Shown in pieces: positions 9,028 to 17,537 of a DNA stretch of 64,000 nt; within the stretch, counting starts at the first letter, position 1, and each line of letters opens with the position of its first letter. The notes beneath the pieces are model-generated. The model was given only the letters and a program-made list of their open reading frames with translations. It was not told the DNA's origin and ran no database searches. Position numbers and translations under genes: made by a program. Source of the stretch: a virus. Its lineage: Duplodnaviria > Caudoviricetes. Where the stretch lies: positions 18,949 through 82,948 of IMG/VR virus record IMGVR_UViG_3300030330_005745. The stretch is one strand, 5' to 3'.

Positions 9028-10026
9028 GGCGTCTTCGCCAGTGGGGTTCTGCTGAGCAGGCAGGGCAGGTGCATCGATGGTGCGATTGGCAGGGGCGATC
9101 ATTAGACCGTCCTTCATGCCGTAGCTGCCACCGAGCTTCTCAGCGTCCTGCTTGGCATGCTGGTTGATGTAATCAGCAAACAGATCCTGGAACTTCCAAG
9201 CACTCTCACGGTTGTCATCCGGGATGGTGAGGTTGTCCAGTGATGCAATAGCTGTGTCTTGATCGCTGTACTCAGGGATGTCAAACCCTTCGATGCAGCA
9301 GATCTCGACGTTGTTTGCACCGCGCATGTCGTTCACCAGAGTCGGGATGAAGACTGTGGTGGCAAAGAACTTCTCGTTGAAAGCCAGGGGCACTTCAGCG
9401 TCCAGTGCTTTGCACAGACACTTGGACATTTCTTTCTCGTACATCTTGACCTTCTCGGCCATGTCCGTGCCGTTCAAACCTTTGAGGGTAAGGACGATGG
9501 GAATCTTGTGAGCGGGCACATTGTCTTTGGTCAGGATGTTGACCAAGTACTTGGTGCGAACGCTGTACTTACGCTTGTACATCTCACCTTTGGCATTCGC
9601 CAGATCAGATGCAGTCTTGTCTGCTTCAAAGAGTTCCTTAACTTCAGGATCCTCAAAGGTGCCGATGGTTTGACGCATGCCACCGGTTTCTTCGACCATC
9701 AGCGGTGAACGCAGCAGAATCTGCAGCCGAGGAACGATGAAGTTCAGTCCTTCTTCGATAGAGGTGTTGGGTGCCAAGCCAAAGGTTTGCTTGTAATCCC
9801 AAAGGACCGAGCCTTTGTCAAAGTCAGTTTCCTTGGCAGTCCAATTGCAGGTGTCCAGATCGGACTTGCGGATGAACCAACCACGGGTCTTGGATTTGTT
9901 CAGAGGTTGAATCGTAACGAGGTTCTGGTAGCCAGAGACAAACTCTTTGGATTGGAACATCCGGAAGGAGTCAAGGCTGCGCTTGGTGATGGATGAAGCT
10001 TTTTTCACAGTGAGGTTCGTAGTCAT
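9019..10026 (-). CDS. hypothetical protein, candidate ssDNA-annealing recombinase
   Basis: 335-aa ORF between SSB and Gp157 genes; function inferred from context only. Confidence 0.5.
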   Translation of the reverse strand: MTTNLTVKKASSITKRSLDSFRMFQSKEFVSGYQNLVTIQPLNKSKTRGWFIRKSDLDTCNWTAKETDFDKGSVLWDYKQTFGLAPNTSIEEGLNFIVPRLQILLRSPLMVEETGGMRQTIGTFEDPEVKELFEADKTASDLANAKGEMYKRKYSVRTKYLVNILTKDNVPAHKIPIVLTLKGLNGTDMAEKVKMYEKEMSKCLCKALDAEVPLAFNEKFFATTVFIPTLVNDMRGANNVEICCIEGFDIPEYSDQDTAIASLDNLTIPDDNRESAWKFQDLFADYINQHAKQDAEKLGGSYGMKDGLMIAPANRTIDAPALPAQQNPTGEDASL

Positions 10027-10038
10027 GAAATGAAAAGC

Positions 10039-10065
10039 GGGCAGTTTTACGTCTTGCCCAGGACG
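10039..10065 (-). ncRNA. 27-nt leader pseudoknot, copy 2
   Basis: CGTC-CT-GGGCA-A-GACG-TAAAAC-TGCCC; 12 nt before an ATG. Confidence 0.75.
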
Positions 10066-10169
10066 ATTTTAGTTCTATCCGCCAGCAGCGAATGTAAACA
10101 TTAATAACACTGTCATTAGCATTGCTGGAAGTAGAAGCAATACCAACAACTGCAGCTGATCAACTGTCA

Positions 10170-11051
10170 TTAGAACGGAGCGTTTTCATCATCGGTCGGT
10201 GGAGGACCGTAGGCACCAGGGAGATCAGGAAGATTCCCCCTTGCACCTACTGGTTCTTGTACCTTCCAAGGATCACTGGCAGGTTCTTGCGCAATCGCTG
10301 CTTGATGCGGAGAGCTGGGAACTTCTTGTTCCTCAGGATCACCAGTACGTCCACCCCAAAGGGATGTCACCTCCTGTCCTCCTGCCACGTTTGCTTTTGA
10401 TTCAACAGGCTTTTGATCAGCAATACCCTTGGGTGCCAAGGTCATGTTGATGAGCTGCAGCTTGGTTAGCGTGCGTTGCTCTTTGGTTTCTTTATCGGTC
10501 CACGAATCAGTGACGATGCGTGCCTCGATTGTCAGACCAGTACCCTTCTTGGTGTAGTCAGCGATCAGCTTCGCAGGCTGAAAGCGATCGTCGAAACCAT
10601 TGATGGCGTAGAAGTTGAACAGGTTTGACTCTCCCTTCTTGGTGACAACAGAGAGAGTTTGGTTTGTGATCATGTGGTTTGGCGTGGTCTTGCACTGCCG
10701 TGTGTCTTCAGGATTGATGTCCTTGACACATCGACCTGCCAATACCACGTTGTTCAGGATTGGGAACTGTTCAACATCGACAGGAGTTACCACTCCACCA
10801 TGCAATGAAAACGTCCTGGACTCCAGGTCGTACTGAATCTTGGCACCATGGATGTAGACACCCATGCCTTTCTTCATGGCACGAAAGCGGTTGCCCTGCT
10901 TCTCGCCATAAATGGTCAGCTCAAGATCAGTGGGAGCTTTCTTCCCATAAGGAGGAAGTGTGATTTTACAGCGCATGACTGTATTGGTTGCGCCCGTGAA
11001 AGCCTCGCGGGGATCTTCCCGGAGTTGAGCGCACACTGTGACGAAGTTCAT
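10170..11051 (-). CDS. ssb: ssDNA-binding protein with two tandem OB folds and an acidic tail
   Basis: Two SSB-like repeats (AQLREDP / LAGRCVKD; IEARIVTDSWTDKETKEQR) and C-terminal DDENAPF. Confidence 0.75.
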   Translation of the reverse strand: MNFVTVCAQLREDPREAFTGATNTVMRCKITLPPYGKKAPTDLELTIYGEKQGNRFRAMKKGMGVYIHGAKIQYDLESRTFSLHGGVVTPVDVEQFPILNNVVLAGRCVKDINPEDTRQCKTTPNHMITNQTLSVVTKKGESNLFNFYAINGFDDRFQPAKLIADYTKKGTGLTIEARIVTDSWTDKETKEQRTLTKLQLINMTLAPKGIADQKPVESKANVAGGQEVTSLWGGRTGDPEEQEVPSSPHQAAIAQEPASDPWKVQEPVGARGNLPDLPGAYGPPPTDDENAPF

Positions 11052-11070
11052 CGTAGGTACGGAAATGTGT

Positions 11071-11097
11071 TGGCAGTTTTACGTCTTACCTAGGACG
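11071..11097 (-). ncRNA. 27-nt leader pseudoknot, copy 3
   Basis: CGTC-CT-AGGTA-A-GACG-TAAAAC-TGCCA; 19 nt before the ssb ATG. Confidence 0.75.
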
Positions 11098-11103
11098 TGA
11101 GGA

Positions 11104-12966
11104 TCAATGCGTCTCCGCCCAGGAATGACCTACGCGTGAGTCGCCCTCAATCTTACATCTGAATCCAAAAAACTCTTGAGCTTCTGGGAATGCTTTCATG
11201 GCTTCTTCACGAATTTTTTCTGTGTGCTGCGGCGAGCAAGCCAACTGAATTTCATCGTGGATCATCAGCATTTGTTCCCATTGGTGTCCGTGGGGTAAAC
11301 CCAAGCGGCCTTCGATGTTCTTGTGGGTGTTAATGACAACCTGTTTCATCAGGATTGCACCAGCTGATTGAAGCAAGACGTTTAGACCCTTGAATGCAGA
11401 CCTGCAAACCAGAGGACGACGATCAAGACCGATCAAATACCCACGAATTCCAATCGTTTCTTCAATCTGATTCTTTAACTTTTTAAGCGCAGGGACACCA
11501 GTCATGAAGCCGTTGATGGCTGCCTTACCCATGGTTGCAAGCTTGTCGGGGTTCTTTTCATTTGGATCAATGATTGTCCCCGCCTTAATTGCACCACAGC
11601 CGTACAACATCCCGTACAGAAGACGCTTGCTGATGTCCCTGGTTTCAACACCGAACTGCTCCTGGTTGTAGGTGTGAATGTCTACTTCTGGATTCACAAC
11701 CAGTGCTGCGTACTCTCCGTCATCCCACAATGCTAGGTACCCAGCCAAACAGCGTAGCTCCAGTGCCTTGGCATCAATACCGATTAAGTCCCAACCATCA
11801 GGTGGATGAAACAAGCTGCGGCATTCATGGCCGTAAGGTGAATAACCAGCGGGGACTTGCCCAAGGTTGGGAGATTTATGGGCTGCTCGCCCGGTGATAC
11901 ATCCATTGGTAATTACATTGCCGTGCATCCTGCTGGTTTGATTGTCAACCAACTTGAGCCAAGCATTACTTCCATCTGCGATTTGACCAAGACGTTTCTT
12001 GATCAACATGTATTCGGCTAGAGGTTTTGCTTCGGGGTATGGGAGTCGTTCCAACACTTCGTCATTAAGGATTGGATTTCCTTTTTCAGTTTTCTTTTCT
12101 GGTTTCCATCCGTACTTTCGTGTAAGTCGATCAACAATTTGCTGACGCGATCCAGGATTGAATTTCTCATATCGGATCTTTTCGAATGGCTGTCCTGCAA
12201 CATAACCTCGTTTGGCATTGTTTACCTTTGGTGTAAACCATTCGCTGTGCTTGATGGGCGGGAAGATCTCTTCTAAATGTTCTTCGATAGCTTTTTGTTT
12301 TGCTCTAAGAACATCCACGAGATCAAGAGCTGCATCAATATCAAAAGGAACACCTGCTCTAATTTGTTTGTTAATTGCATAAGCAAATTCATGTTCAAGT
12401 TTAAGCGATGATCCCGGGTAGTTTTGTTTCCCGATGTGTAACCAAAGCTTCTTAGTGACTTCAACGTCTTGGATGCAGTACGCCAACATCTCCTCAGAAA
12501 ATTCGGAGAAGTCTTTGAAGTCGATCTTATGATTGGCCAGTCGCCATCCCCAGGCCTTAAGTGAAGCGGATCCACGCAGCTTAGGTGGAACCTCCGGATA
12601 TTGTTCTGTGTCGAGGTCATATAAGACCTCTGCGGGCCAGATGAGTCGTGTGCAGATGAGTGTGTCAAGAATCCGTGCAGAATGCTGGAAGTTGTAAAGC
12701 TTTTCGAGTACGGGGATATCGTAAAAGATTACATTGTGACCAATGAGAATATCGGCACTTGCCAAATGAGCAAGAGCCCTATCAACAGCATCAGGCCCGT
12801 AAGTAAAAGTCTGACCTCTCTTAATGTCATAGATAACGACACAGTGAGTAAGAGTGACTTCATCGTAAAGACCATCAGTTTCGATGTCAAAAATTAGCCA
12901 CGTTTCATTTTCTGAATCGGGCTTCAACGCAAATGCTGAGTTCTTGACCTGCGAGATATTCGTCAT
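11104..12966 (-). CDS. T7 gp5-like family A DNA polymerase with 3'-5' exonuclease
   Basis: Exo motifs DIETDG, GHNVIFYD, YCIQDV; pol motifs A (GIDAKALELR), B (RDISKRLLYGMLYG) and C (HDEIQ). Confidence 0.95.
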   Translation of the reverse strand: MTNISQVKNSAFALKPDSENETWLIFDIETDGLYDEVTLTHCVVIYDIKRGQTFTYGPDAVDRALAHLASADILIGHNVIFYDIPVLEKLYNFQHSARILDTLICTRLIWPAEVLYDLDTEQYPEVPPKLRGSASLKAWGWRLANHKIDFKDFSEFSEEMLAYCIQDVEVTKKLWLHIGKQNYPGSSLKLEHEFAYAINKQIRAGVPFDIDAALDLVDVLRAKQKAIEEHLEEIFPPIKHSEWFTPKVNNAKRGYVAGQPFEKIRYEKFNPGSRQQIVDRLTRKYGWKPEKKTEKGNPILNDEVLERLPYPEAKPLAEYMLIKKRLGQIADGSNAWLKLVDNQTSRMHGNVITNGCITGRAAHKSPNLGQVPAGYSPYGHECRSLFHPPDGWDLIGIDAKALELRCLAGYLALWDDGEYAALVVNPEVDIHTYNQEQFGVETRDISKRLLYGMLYGCGAIKAGTIIDPNEKNPDKLATMGKAAINGFMTGVPALKKLKNQIEETIGIRGYLIGLDRRPLVCRSAFKGLNVLLQSAGAILMKQVVINTHKNIEGRLGLPHGHQWEQMLMIHDEIQLACSPQHTEKIREEAMKAFPEAQEFFGFRCKIEGDSRVGHSWAETH

Positions 12967-13138
12967 TTTTGTTAATCCAGTTCAGGATTTGTTGCGCACC
13001 AGCACGGTGAGGATGGGAATAAATCCGCCCAAGGGCAGATGTTGAATCTAGATCGATCAGCTGAAAACTGTTGGTTTCCATACAAGGTTTGATACCTTGA
13101 GGTTTACCATTCTTCCAGGTAGCGATGACGTAACTCAT
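12905..13138 (-). CDS. hypothetical protein
   Basis: 77-aa ORF; overlaps the polymerase start by 62 nt. Confidence 0.55.
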   Translation of the reverse strand: MSYVIATWKNGKPQGIKPCMETNSFQLIDLDSTSALGRIYSHPHRAGAQQILNWINKNDEYLAGQELSICVEARFRK

Positions 13139-13192
13139 CTGTCAGTTTATTAACCAACAGATGATATTAGATCTTGTAGGTTATGCAACCTA

Positions 13193-13942
13193 CTACTTGC
13201 TGTATCCAACAAAGCCTCCTTCTTTTTTACGTTTCGATAGTGCTTTGGAGGCTTCGGTGTTAGCACGTTGGCTGCCATGGACCAGCAATGCAAACGGTTT
13301 GTCACCCAAGCAGTGGCTGTCGTCATGGTCAATTTCTAGACCAAGGTCAGCTGCTTCTTGTTCTGTATAGACCACCTGTGAGGTGCGAATAAAAACGTCA
13401 GGATTTTTATTTATAATTGCATCGAGGTTACCGCCCTTCGATGCTGTCAAATAAAAATTGCTAGGAATTTGGTCTTTGAGATTGAGCCACATGTTGAGTG
13501 ACTTGGTGTAGGCATAGAAGGTTTGCTTGGGCCGCTGCTTTGCAACGAGCATCCATGCCCGCATGTATTCTTCTGTCCAGAAGTCACCAGACTCATGGAC
13601 ACGGATTAGTTTCTTAGGTTTGGTAACCGTAAGAGAGACATCGATCAGATCACGGAGCAGCATGGCTTGGTTGCCATTGCTGTACATGGTCTTACGGATT
13701 AGATCCCAGTTGTGCCAGCGTGCTTCTCTGACGTTGGGCCGCACTTCACTCATTGCAGCAAAGCAACGGAAGTCTTTTGCGTCGGTGCCGTTGTTGTTGG
13801 GAATGTCAGTGATCTTGCCTGTCACGCGGTCTGCATAGGTACGGCAGACACCAGCGTGTGGACAGGAATAGCCTGCTGGCAGTGAGAAGATTAGTCTGTT
13901 GCGGAGCTTACCGTTGCCGGTAGAGAACTTGAGGGTTTGCAT
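13193..13942 (-). CDS. Gp88-like protein (radical-SAM-like fold)
   Basis: FSLPAGYSCPHAGVC...CFA, RVHESGDF and FYAYTKS motifs. Confidence 0.7.
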   Translation of the reverse strand: MQTLKFSTGNGKLRNRLIFSLPAGYSCPHAGVCRTYADRVTGKITDIPNNNGTDAKDFRCFAAMSEVRPNVREARWHNWDLIRKTMYSNGNQAMLLRDLIDVSLTVTKPKKLIRVHESGDFWTEEYMRAWMLVAKQRPKQTFYAYTKSLNMWLNLKDQIPSNFYLTASKGGNLDAIINKNPDVFIRTSQVVYTEQEAADLGLEIDHDDSHCLGDKPFALLVHGSQRANTEASKALSKRKKEGGFVGYSK

Positions 13943-13972
13943 TGAGATAGTTTGATAAGTTGTGCTTATGTA

Positions 13973-14010
13973 TGGGACTTACACAGCGTCTGCACCCGCG
14001 CTGATGCCCA
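13973..14010 (-). ncRNA. GGCAU/GUAAGUCC stem-loop, copy A
   Basis: TGGG-CATC-AGCG-loop-CGCT-GTGTAAGT-CCCA; lies between a stop codon and the Gp88-like gene. Confidence 0.55.
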
Positions 14011-14014
14011 TCAA

Positions 14015-14476
14015 TCAATCCATGTACTTACTTTCAATCCTTTCTACATAATGCATCGTTGCTTCTGCAATAAACAATGAAATATTTCCTTGATAATGTT
14101 CTTCATTTAAAAACGAAGCAGCTTCTTTAATTCTTTTCTGTTCTTCTTCAGTGAATGCAACACCTACGGCACCAGGTACCGTCTTGGGAGTGTATTCGTT
14201 TTTGACATAAGCAGGATTATCTTCCATCCATCGTTCGATGTCTGTGCGTTTGAAATAAAGGTTACGTCCACTCTTCATCAAAGGTTTTGGAAAGAGTCCG
14301 GACTTTATCTTTCGGTGGATTGTGTACCGACTGACGTCAAGCTCATCCATTACTTCTTGCATGCTCCAGCGGTCCTTACATTCTTTTAAAGTTTTGACTG
14401 GACCAGTGGAATAGGTGTTGGAGTTTGCCCATTCCTTTTCATTAGCCAGACGTCTTTTTGCTGCTTGGGGTGTCAT
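14015..14476 (-). CDS. AlpA/excisionase-like HTH DNA-binding protein
   Basis: WSMQEVMDELDVSRYTIHRKIKSGLFPKP...LYFKRTDIERWM; start moved to MTPQ. Confidence 0.75.
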   Translation of the reverse strand: MTPQAAKRRLANEKEWANSNTYSTGPVKTLKECKDRWSMQEVMDELDVSRYTIHRKIKSGLFPKPLMKSGRNLYFKRTDIERWMEDNPAYVKNEYTPKTVPGAVGVAFTEEEQKRIKEAASFLNEEHYQGNISLFIAEATMHYVERIESKYMD

Positions 14477-14523
14477 TGCAGTAGCGGTTGTTACAGGTGT
14501 GTAAAGGAGAGGTAAGATAAAGG

Positions 14524-14580
14524 AACGTTCACCTCTATCTTGGAGGCGCAACCAACTGATCCACGGAACGGGGGACAGTC
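14524..14580 (+). promoter_or_regulatory. glutamine-II (Downstream-peptide) riboswitch
   Basis: CGTTC-A-CCTC-loop-GAGG-CGCA...GAACG-GGG; P1 is 14526-30/14566-70 and P2 is 14532-35/14543-46; directly upstream of a DUF4278 ORF. Confidence 0.8.
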
Positions 14581-14597
14581 TTATGCGGAGAACCAAA

Positions 14598-14744
14598 ATG
14601 AAACTCGTCTATCGCGGAGTTCCATACGAGCGCAAGGAAGCTTTTACCAGCTACCTGTGTACTCAAAACCTCAAAGTCCAACGGGCTGAAGCGGAGAAAG
14701 AGCACGATCGTCGCAATAATAGCAAGAAAGAAATGATCGTTTGA
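14598..14744 (+). CDS. DUF4278-family peptide, 48 aa
   Basis: Manual ORF MKLVYRGVPYERKEAF...; carries the LxYRGVxY signature. Confidence 0.8.
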   Translation: MKLVYRGVPYERKEAFTSYLCTQNLKVQRAEAEKEHDRRNNSKKEMIV

Positions 14745-14764
14745 CGGTTGTTACACTGTTAGAT

Positions 14765-14790
14765 AGGCTGCCTCCGGGTGGCCTTTTTTT
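14765..14790 (+). terminator. terminator-like hairpin abutting the next ATG
   Basis: AGGCTGCC-TCCG-GGTGGCCT-TTTTTT-ATG. Confidence 0.65.
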
Positions 14791-14943
14791 ATGGACAAAG
14801 AAGAACTGAAAGAAAAGATCATTGAATTGATTGAACAAGACATTGAAGATGGTGAGGTGTTGCCTCACTATGGTTTGATTGCGGATTGGAAGATTCGGTA
14901 CATGGATCTAGCTAAGCTGATCTGGCAGTACCTCCACGTTTGA
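14791..14943 (+). CDS. hypothetical protein, 50 aa
   Basis: Manual ORF MDKEELKEKIIELIEQDIEDG... Confidence 0.5.
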   Translation: MDKEELKEKIIELIEQDIEDGEVLPHYGLIADWKIRYMDLAKLIWQYLHV

Positions 14944-14945
14944 AC

Positions 14946-15197
14946 ATGCTCACGTCATTTATATCTTTAGTGTTGGCATCCGTAATGTGGGTACAGGTGC
15001 CGCAATGGGAGAATGACTGGTCCAAATGTGCAGTTGATGTACCTGATGTGGGTTGTCATTGGTACATCGTTAATCCTGACAATACCTTTGGTAAGGGATT
15101 TTCCTGGGAGAATGCCCCATGGTTCAGCGCCGAGGGTCTCCTTGATGTCTCAAAGTTGGAGAACACCATGTTGACCCTCCAAGGCAAAAAAGACTAA
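14946..15197 (+). CDS. secreted picocyanobacterial-type hypothetical protein
   Basis: Signal-like N-terminus, then QVPQWENDWSKCAVDVPDVGCHWYIVNPDNTFG. Confidence 0.65.
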   Translation: MLTSFISLVLASVMWVQVPQWENDWSKCAVDVPDVGCHWYIVNPDNTFGKGFSWENAPWFSAEGLLDVSKLENTMLTLQGKKD

Positions 15198-15374
15198 CTA
15201 TTCCACATGCTTCCATGTCCTCCGATGGACGATAGCACTGATGGCGTTTTGGCTCATACCAGTTTCTTTTGCAAGTGAATAAATAGTTCGTCCCTCTGCT
15301 CTTTTCTTACGAATGTCTATAACATTTTTTTCAGTAAGAATTGAGCGTCCATTCTGTTCTCCTACTGTTGTCAT
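15198..15374 (-). CDS. free-standing HTH of the type found at the C-terminus of HNH endonucleases, 58 aa
   Basis: Manual ORF MTTVGEQNGRSILTEKNVIDIR...LAKETGMSQNAISAIVHRRTWKHV. Confidence 0.7.
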   Translation of the reverse strand: MTTVGEQNGRSILTEKNVIDIRKKRAEGRTIYSLAKETGMSQNAISAIVHRRTWKHVE

Positions 15375-16024
15375 TTCTTGAATGCAACCTCTGCAATGGT
15401 GGGGAGCTTTTCAGTAAAGATAGTCTTGCAGCCTTCAGCGATATCCTTATGTTCTTTCTGTGTGCCGTTGCCTGTACGTAATTGGATGTAGTGAATCCAA
15501 CTGCGGAGAGTCCCGCACATGTATAAACGAGTAGGTGTTGCCAATGGAAGAATTGCCCTGGCACATTCTTTAGCTACACCGTCGCTAATCATTTGGCTAT
15601 AAAGATCCTCAGCCATACTGAAGACGTTTGCAATCTTGTCTTCATAGCAAGCACGTTGCCAGTCTGACAAGTTGTCAACGCTGTTCTGCCTGTTCTTGAG
15701 ATCTTGTGTTCTTAGTTCAGGCATTTCTGCACCACCAAGTTCTTGGGTGCTGGCGTAGCGTTGTGAAAATTCCTGGAATGTGAAGGACCTATGCCTCAGC
15801 AACTGAGGTGAAATTGCTCTGGTTGTGTTGATCTCAATGCACATTGATGCCATTTCAAATGGTGACCAATGCTCGTGATCAATGAGATAACGAATCAAAC
15901 GTGGAGCTGTCAAGTTGTTGTCTTGATTGGAAGGGTTGCTAACCCTTGCCATCATCGTGATCAGTTGCTCTGCCAGGGGTGTGACCCAGACAAGCTTGGT
16001 GAGCGGGTGCAGATTTTGATTCAT
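15371..16024 (-). CDS. thyX: flavin-dependent thymidylate synthase
   Basis: HEHWSPFE and RHRSFTFQEFSQRY signature, KECARAILP, QKEH. Confidence 0.95.
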   Translation of the reverse strand: MNQNLHPLTKLVWVTPLAEQLITMMARVSNPSNQDNNLTAPRLIRYLIDHEHWSPFEMASMCIEINTTRAISPQLLRHRSFTFQEFSQRYASTQELGGAEMPELRTQDLKNRQNSVDNLSDWQRACYEDKIANVFSMAEDLYSQMISDGVAKECARAILPLATPTRLYMCGTLRSWIHYIQLRTGNGTQKEHKDIAEGCKTIFTEKLPTIAEVAFKK

Positions 16025-16359
16025 TAGGCAGCACGATTGTAGTCGTCATCAAGACGTTCAATGTCGGCCTCAGACAGGTGAGAGCCCCGTTGAACCTCGA
16101 TGATGCCAAGTCCCTCTGGGCCTGCTTCTGCACGATGTACGGCATTCTCAGGCACAAAGAGAGTGGTCCCTGGAGCAGCTGGAGTAACAGTGTTACCGCA
16201 GGTGAGTTTACCGGATCCTTGAACGATTACCCAATTCTCAGAGCGATGCCAATGGCGTTGCAGACTGATGCGTTGGTTCGGATGAATCCAAATCTTTTTA
16301 ACTAAAAAACCTTCGCCTGTTTTTATGGTTTCAAAGTATCCCCAAGGACGTTTTTCCAT
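16024..16359 (-). CDS. cupin, mannose-6-phosphate isomerase type II C-terminal-like
   Basis: RPWGYF, RISLQRHWHRSENWVIVQG, IIEVQRG...DIERLDD. Confidence 0.85.
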   Translation of the reverse strand: MEKRPWGYFETIKTGEGFLVKKIWIHPNQRISLQRHWHRSENWVIVQGSGKLTCGNTVTPAAPGTTLFVPENAVHRAEAGPEGLGIIEVQRGSHLSEADIERLDDDYNRAA

Positions 16360-16664
16360 TACAGCTTTACATCGCTGTAATAATTATCCATGGTGTTACG
16401 GTAATCATCAACAACCTTTTCAATGTTTTCAGCAGCACAAAGGCGCATCTGATCTACTTCAACAGGTTGTTGGAGATGATCCCATTTGACTTGAATGAAC
16501 TTCCGACGGCGCGTACCAGTCCTGGTCTTTTGTGTTTTAAGAATCAGATCAGTGACGGTACCGAAGCGTTGACCCATGTTGATCGAAGTCATCTTGGGTT
16601 TGTCTGCAACGCGTTCACCCACTTGGAAACGAAAAGTGGGGTCAAATTTTTCTTGACTAGGCAT
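16359..16664 (-). CDS. hypothetical protein
   Basis: 101-aa ORF, coupled to its neighbours. Confidence 0.6.
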   Translation of the reverse strand: MPSQEKFDPTFRFQVGERVADKPKMTSINMGQRFGTVTDLILKTQKTRTGTRRRKFIQVKWDHLQQPVEVDQMRLCAAENIEKVVDDYRNTMDNYYSDVKL

Positions 16665-16977
16665 TGGTTTGAGGAATGGTGTCGAGGTGGAGGTTTTCTA
16701 AAGCGAGCAGCGTTGCTGTTGTGCCAAGGATACGAAAAGCATCCTCAATTAATTCATAGTTGTTTGACTCGTTGTTGTAATAATCGTTGAGGATTTTTTC
16801 AGCCTGCTCAAACCCCCCTGGGTCACCAGTGAGTCTGGTCAGGATGACACTAGACATGTTGTCCGTAAACATCTCTGAGAGTTTTTTACGGACGACAGGC
16901 CACGTCCATGATGGAACAAGATCAATGACTTGATGAACAAGTTGAAGATCTGTTAACGAGTGTTCGTGTGAAATCAT
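16657..16977 (-). CDS. hypothetical protein
   Basis: Start moved to MISHEH, immediately after a hairpin/U-tract. Confidence 0.6.
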   Translation of the reverse strand: MISHEHSLTDLQLVHQVIDLVPSWTWPVVRKKLSEMFTDNMSSVILTRLTGDPGGFEQAEKILNDYYNNESNNYELIEDAFRILGTTATLLALENLHLDTIPQTNA

Positions 16978-16978
16978 G

Positions 16979-17002
16979 AAAAAACCCCGGGTGTACCGGG
17001 GT
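16979..17002 (-). terminator. terminator-like hairpin abutting the next ATG
   Basis: CCCCGG-TACAC-CCGGGG-TTTTTT-C-ATG. Confidence 0.6.
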
Positions 17003-17023
17003 CGATGCTCTCCCCGTGCCAGG

Positions 17024-17383
17024 TTAGGCAGGGGTTGCTTCAGTTTCAACTACTTCTTCAAGCATTCCTGACTCTTGAAGTTTGTCGAGCATGGCAACCA
17101 TGATGTTGGCATTCTCTTGGGTCTTTTCCATGAAGTGTTTGGCTTTTTCTGCAGTGATGCTGTGAACGCAGCCATTGTCTTCGATGAAGACCCATGAGCC
17201 ATCTGGTTGTGGCTTGCCCTTCTCCAGTGCCCAACGTTCGCAATTGCGGATATATTGGATCTGGAGGTTGTGTGAGTCAGTCAGACCACGGTCGTCGATC
17301 CAGGTGAGGCCGACGTTGTACCGAGTGTCTTCGTCTTTGAAGCAATGAGGCTGAGGAAGAAACTGTTTGAAAGCTCCTAGCAT
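17024..17383 (-). CDS. hypothetical protein
   Basis: Start moved to MLGAFK, downstream of the tRNA. Confidence 0.6.
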   Translation of the reverse strand: MLGAFKQFLPQPHCFKDEDTRYNVGLTWIDDRGLTDSHNLQIQYIRNCERWALEKGKPQPDGSWVFIEDNGCVHSITAEKAKHFMEKTQENANIMVAMLDKLQESGMLEEVVETEATPA

Positions 17384-17403
17384 TGTCTTGTGTAGGTTTG
17401 GTT

Positions 17404-17492
17404 TGGTGAGAGTGGTGGGACTTGAACCCACATAGCCATTACTGACTGACAGATTTTAAGTCTGTTGCGTCTACCAATTCCGCCACACTCTC
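17404..17492 (-). tRNA. trnL: tRNA-Leu(UAA), CCA encoded
   Basis: GAGAGTG acceptor stem, TGGTAGACGC D-arm, anticodon loop CTTAAAA, long variable arm, GGTTCAAGTCC T-arm, 3' ACCA. Confidence 0.95.
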
Positions 17493-17496
17493 AGGT

Positions 17497-17533
17497 CTAG
17501 GACTTACACCACCCTTGGCTTGTGGATGCCTAG
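17497..17533 (-). ncRNA. GGCAU/GUAAGUCC stem-loop, copy B
   Basis: CTAGG-CATC-CAC-loop-GTG-GTGTAAGT-CCTAG; ends 4 nt before the tRNA 5' end. Confidence 0.55.
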
Positions 17534-17537
17534 CTGA

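Noticed and set aside
14477-14596. N-terminal extension of the AlpA-like ORF
   Set aside because: It is the reverse complement of the riboswitch and divergent promoter region
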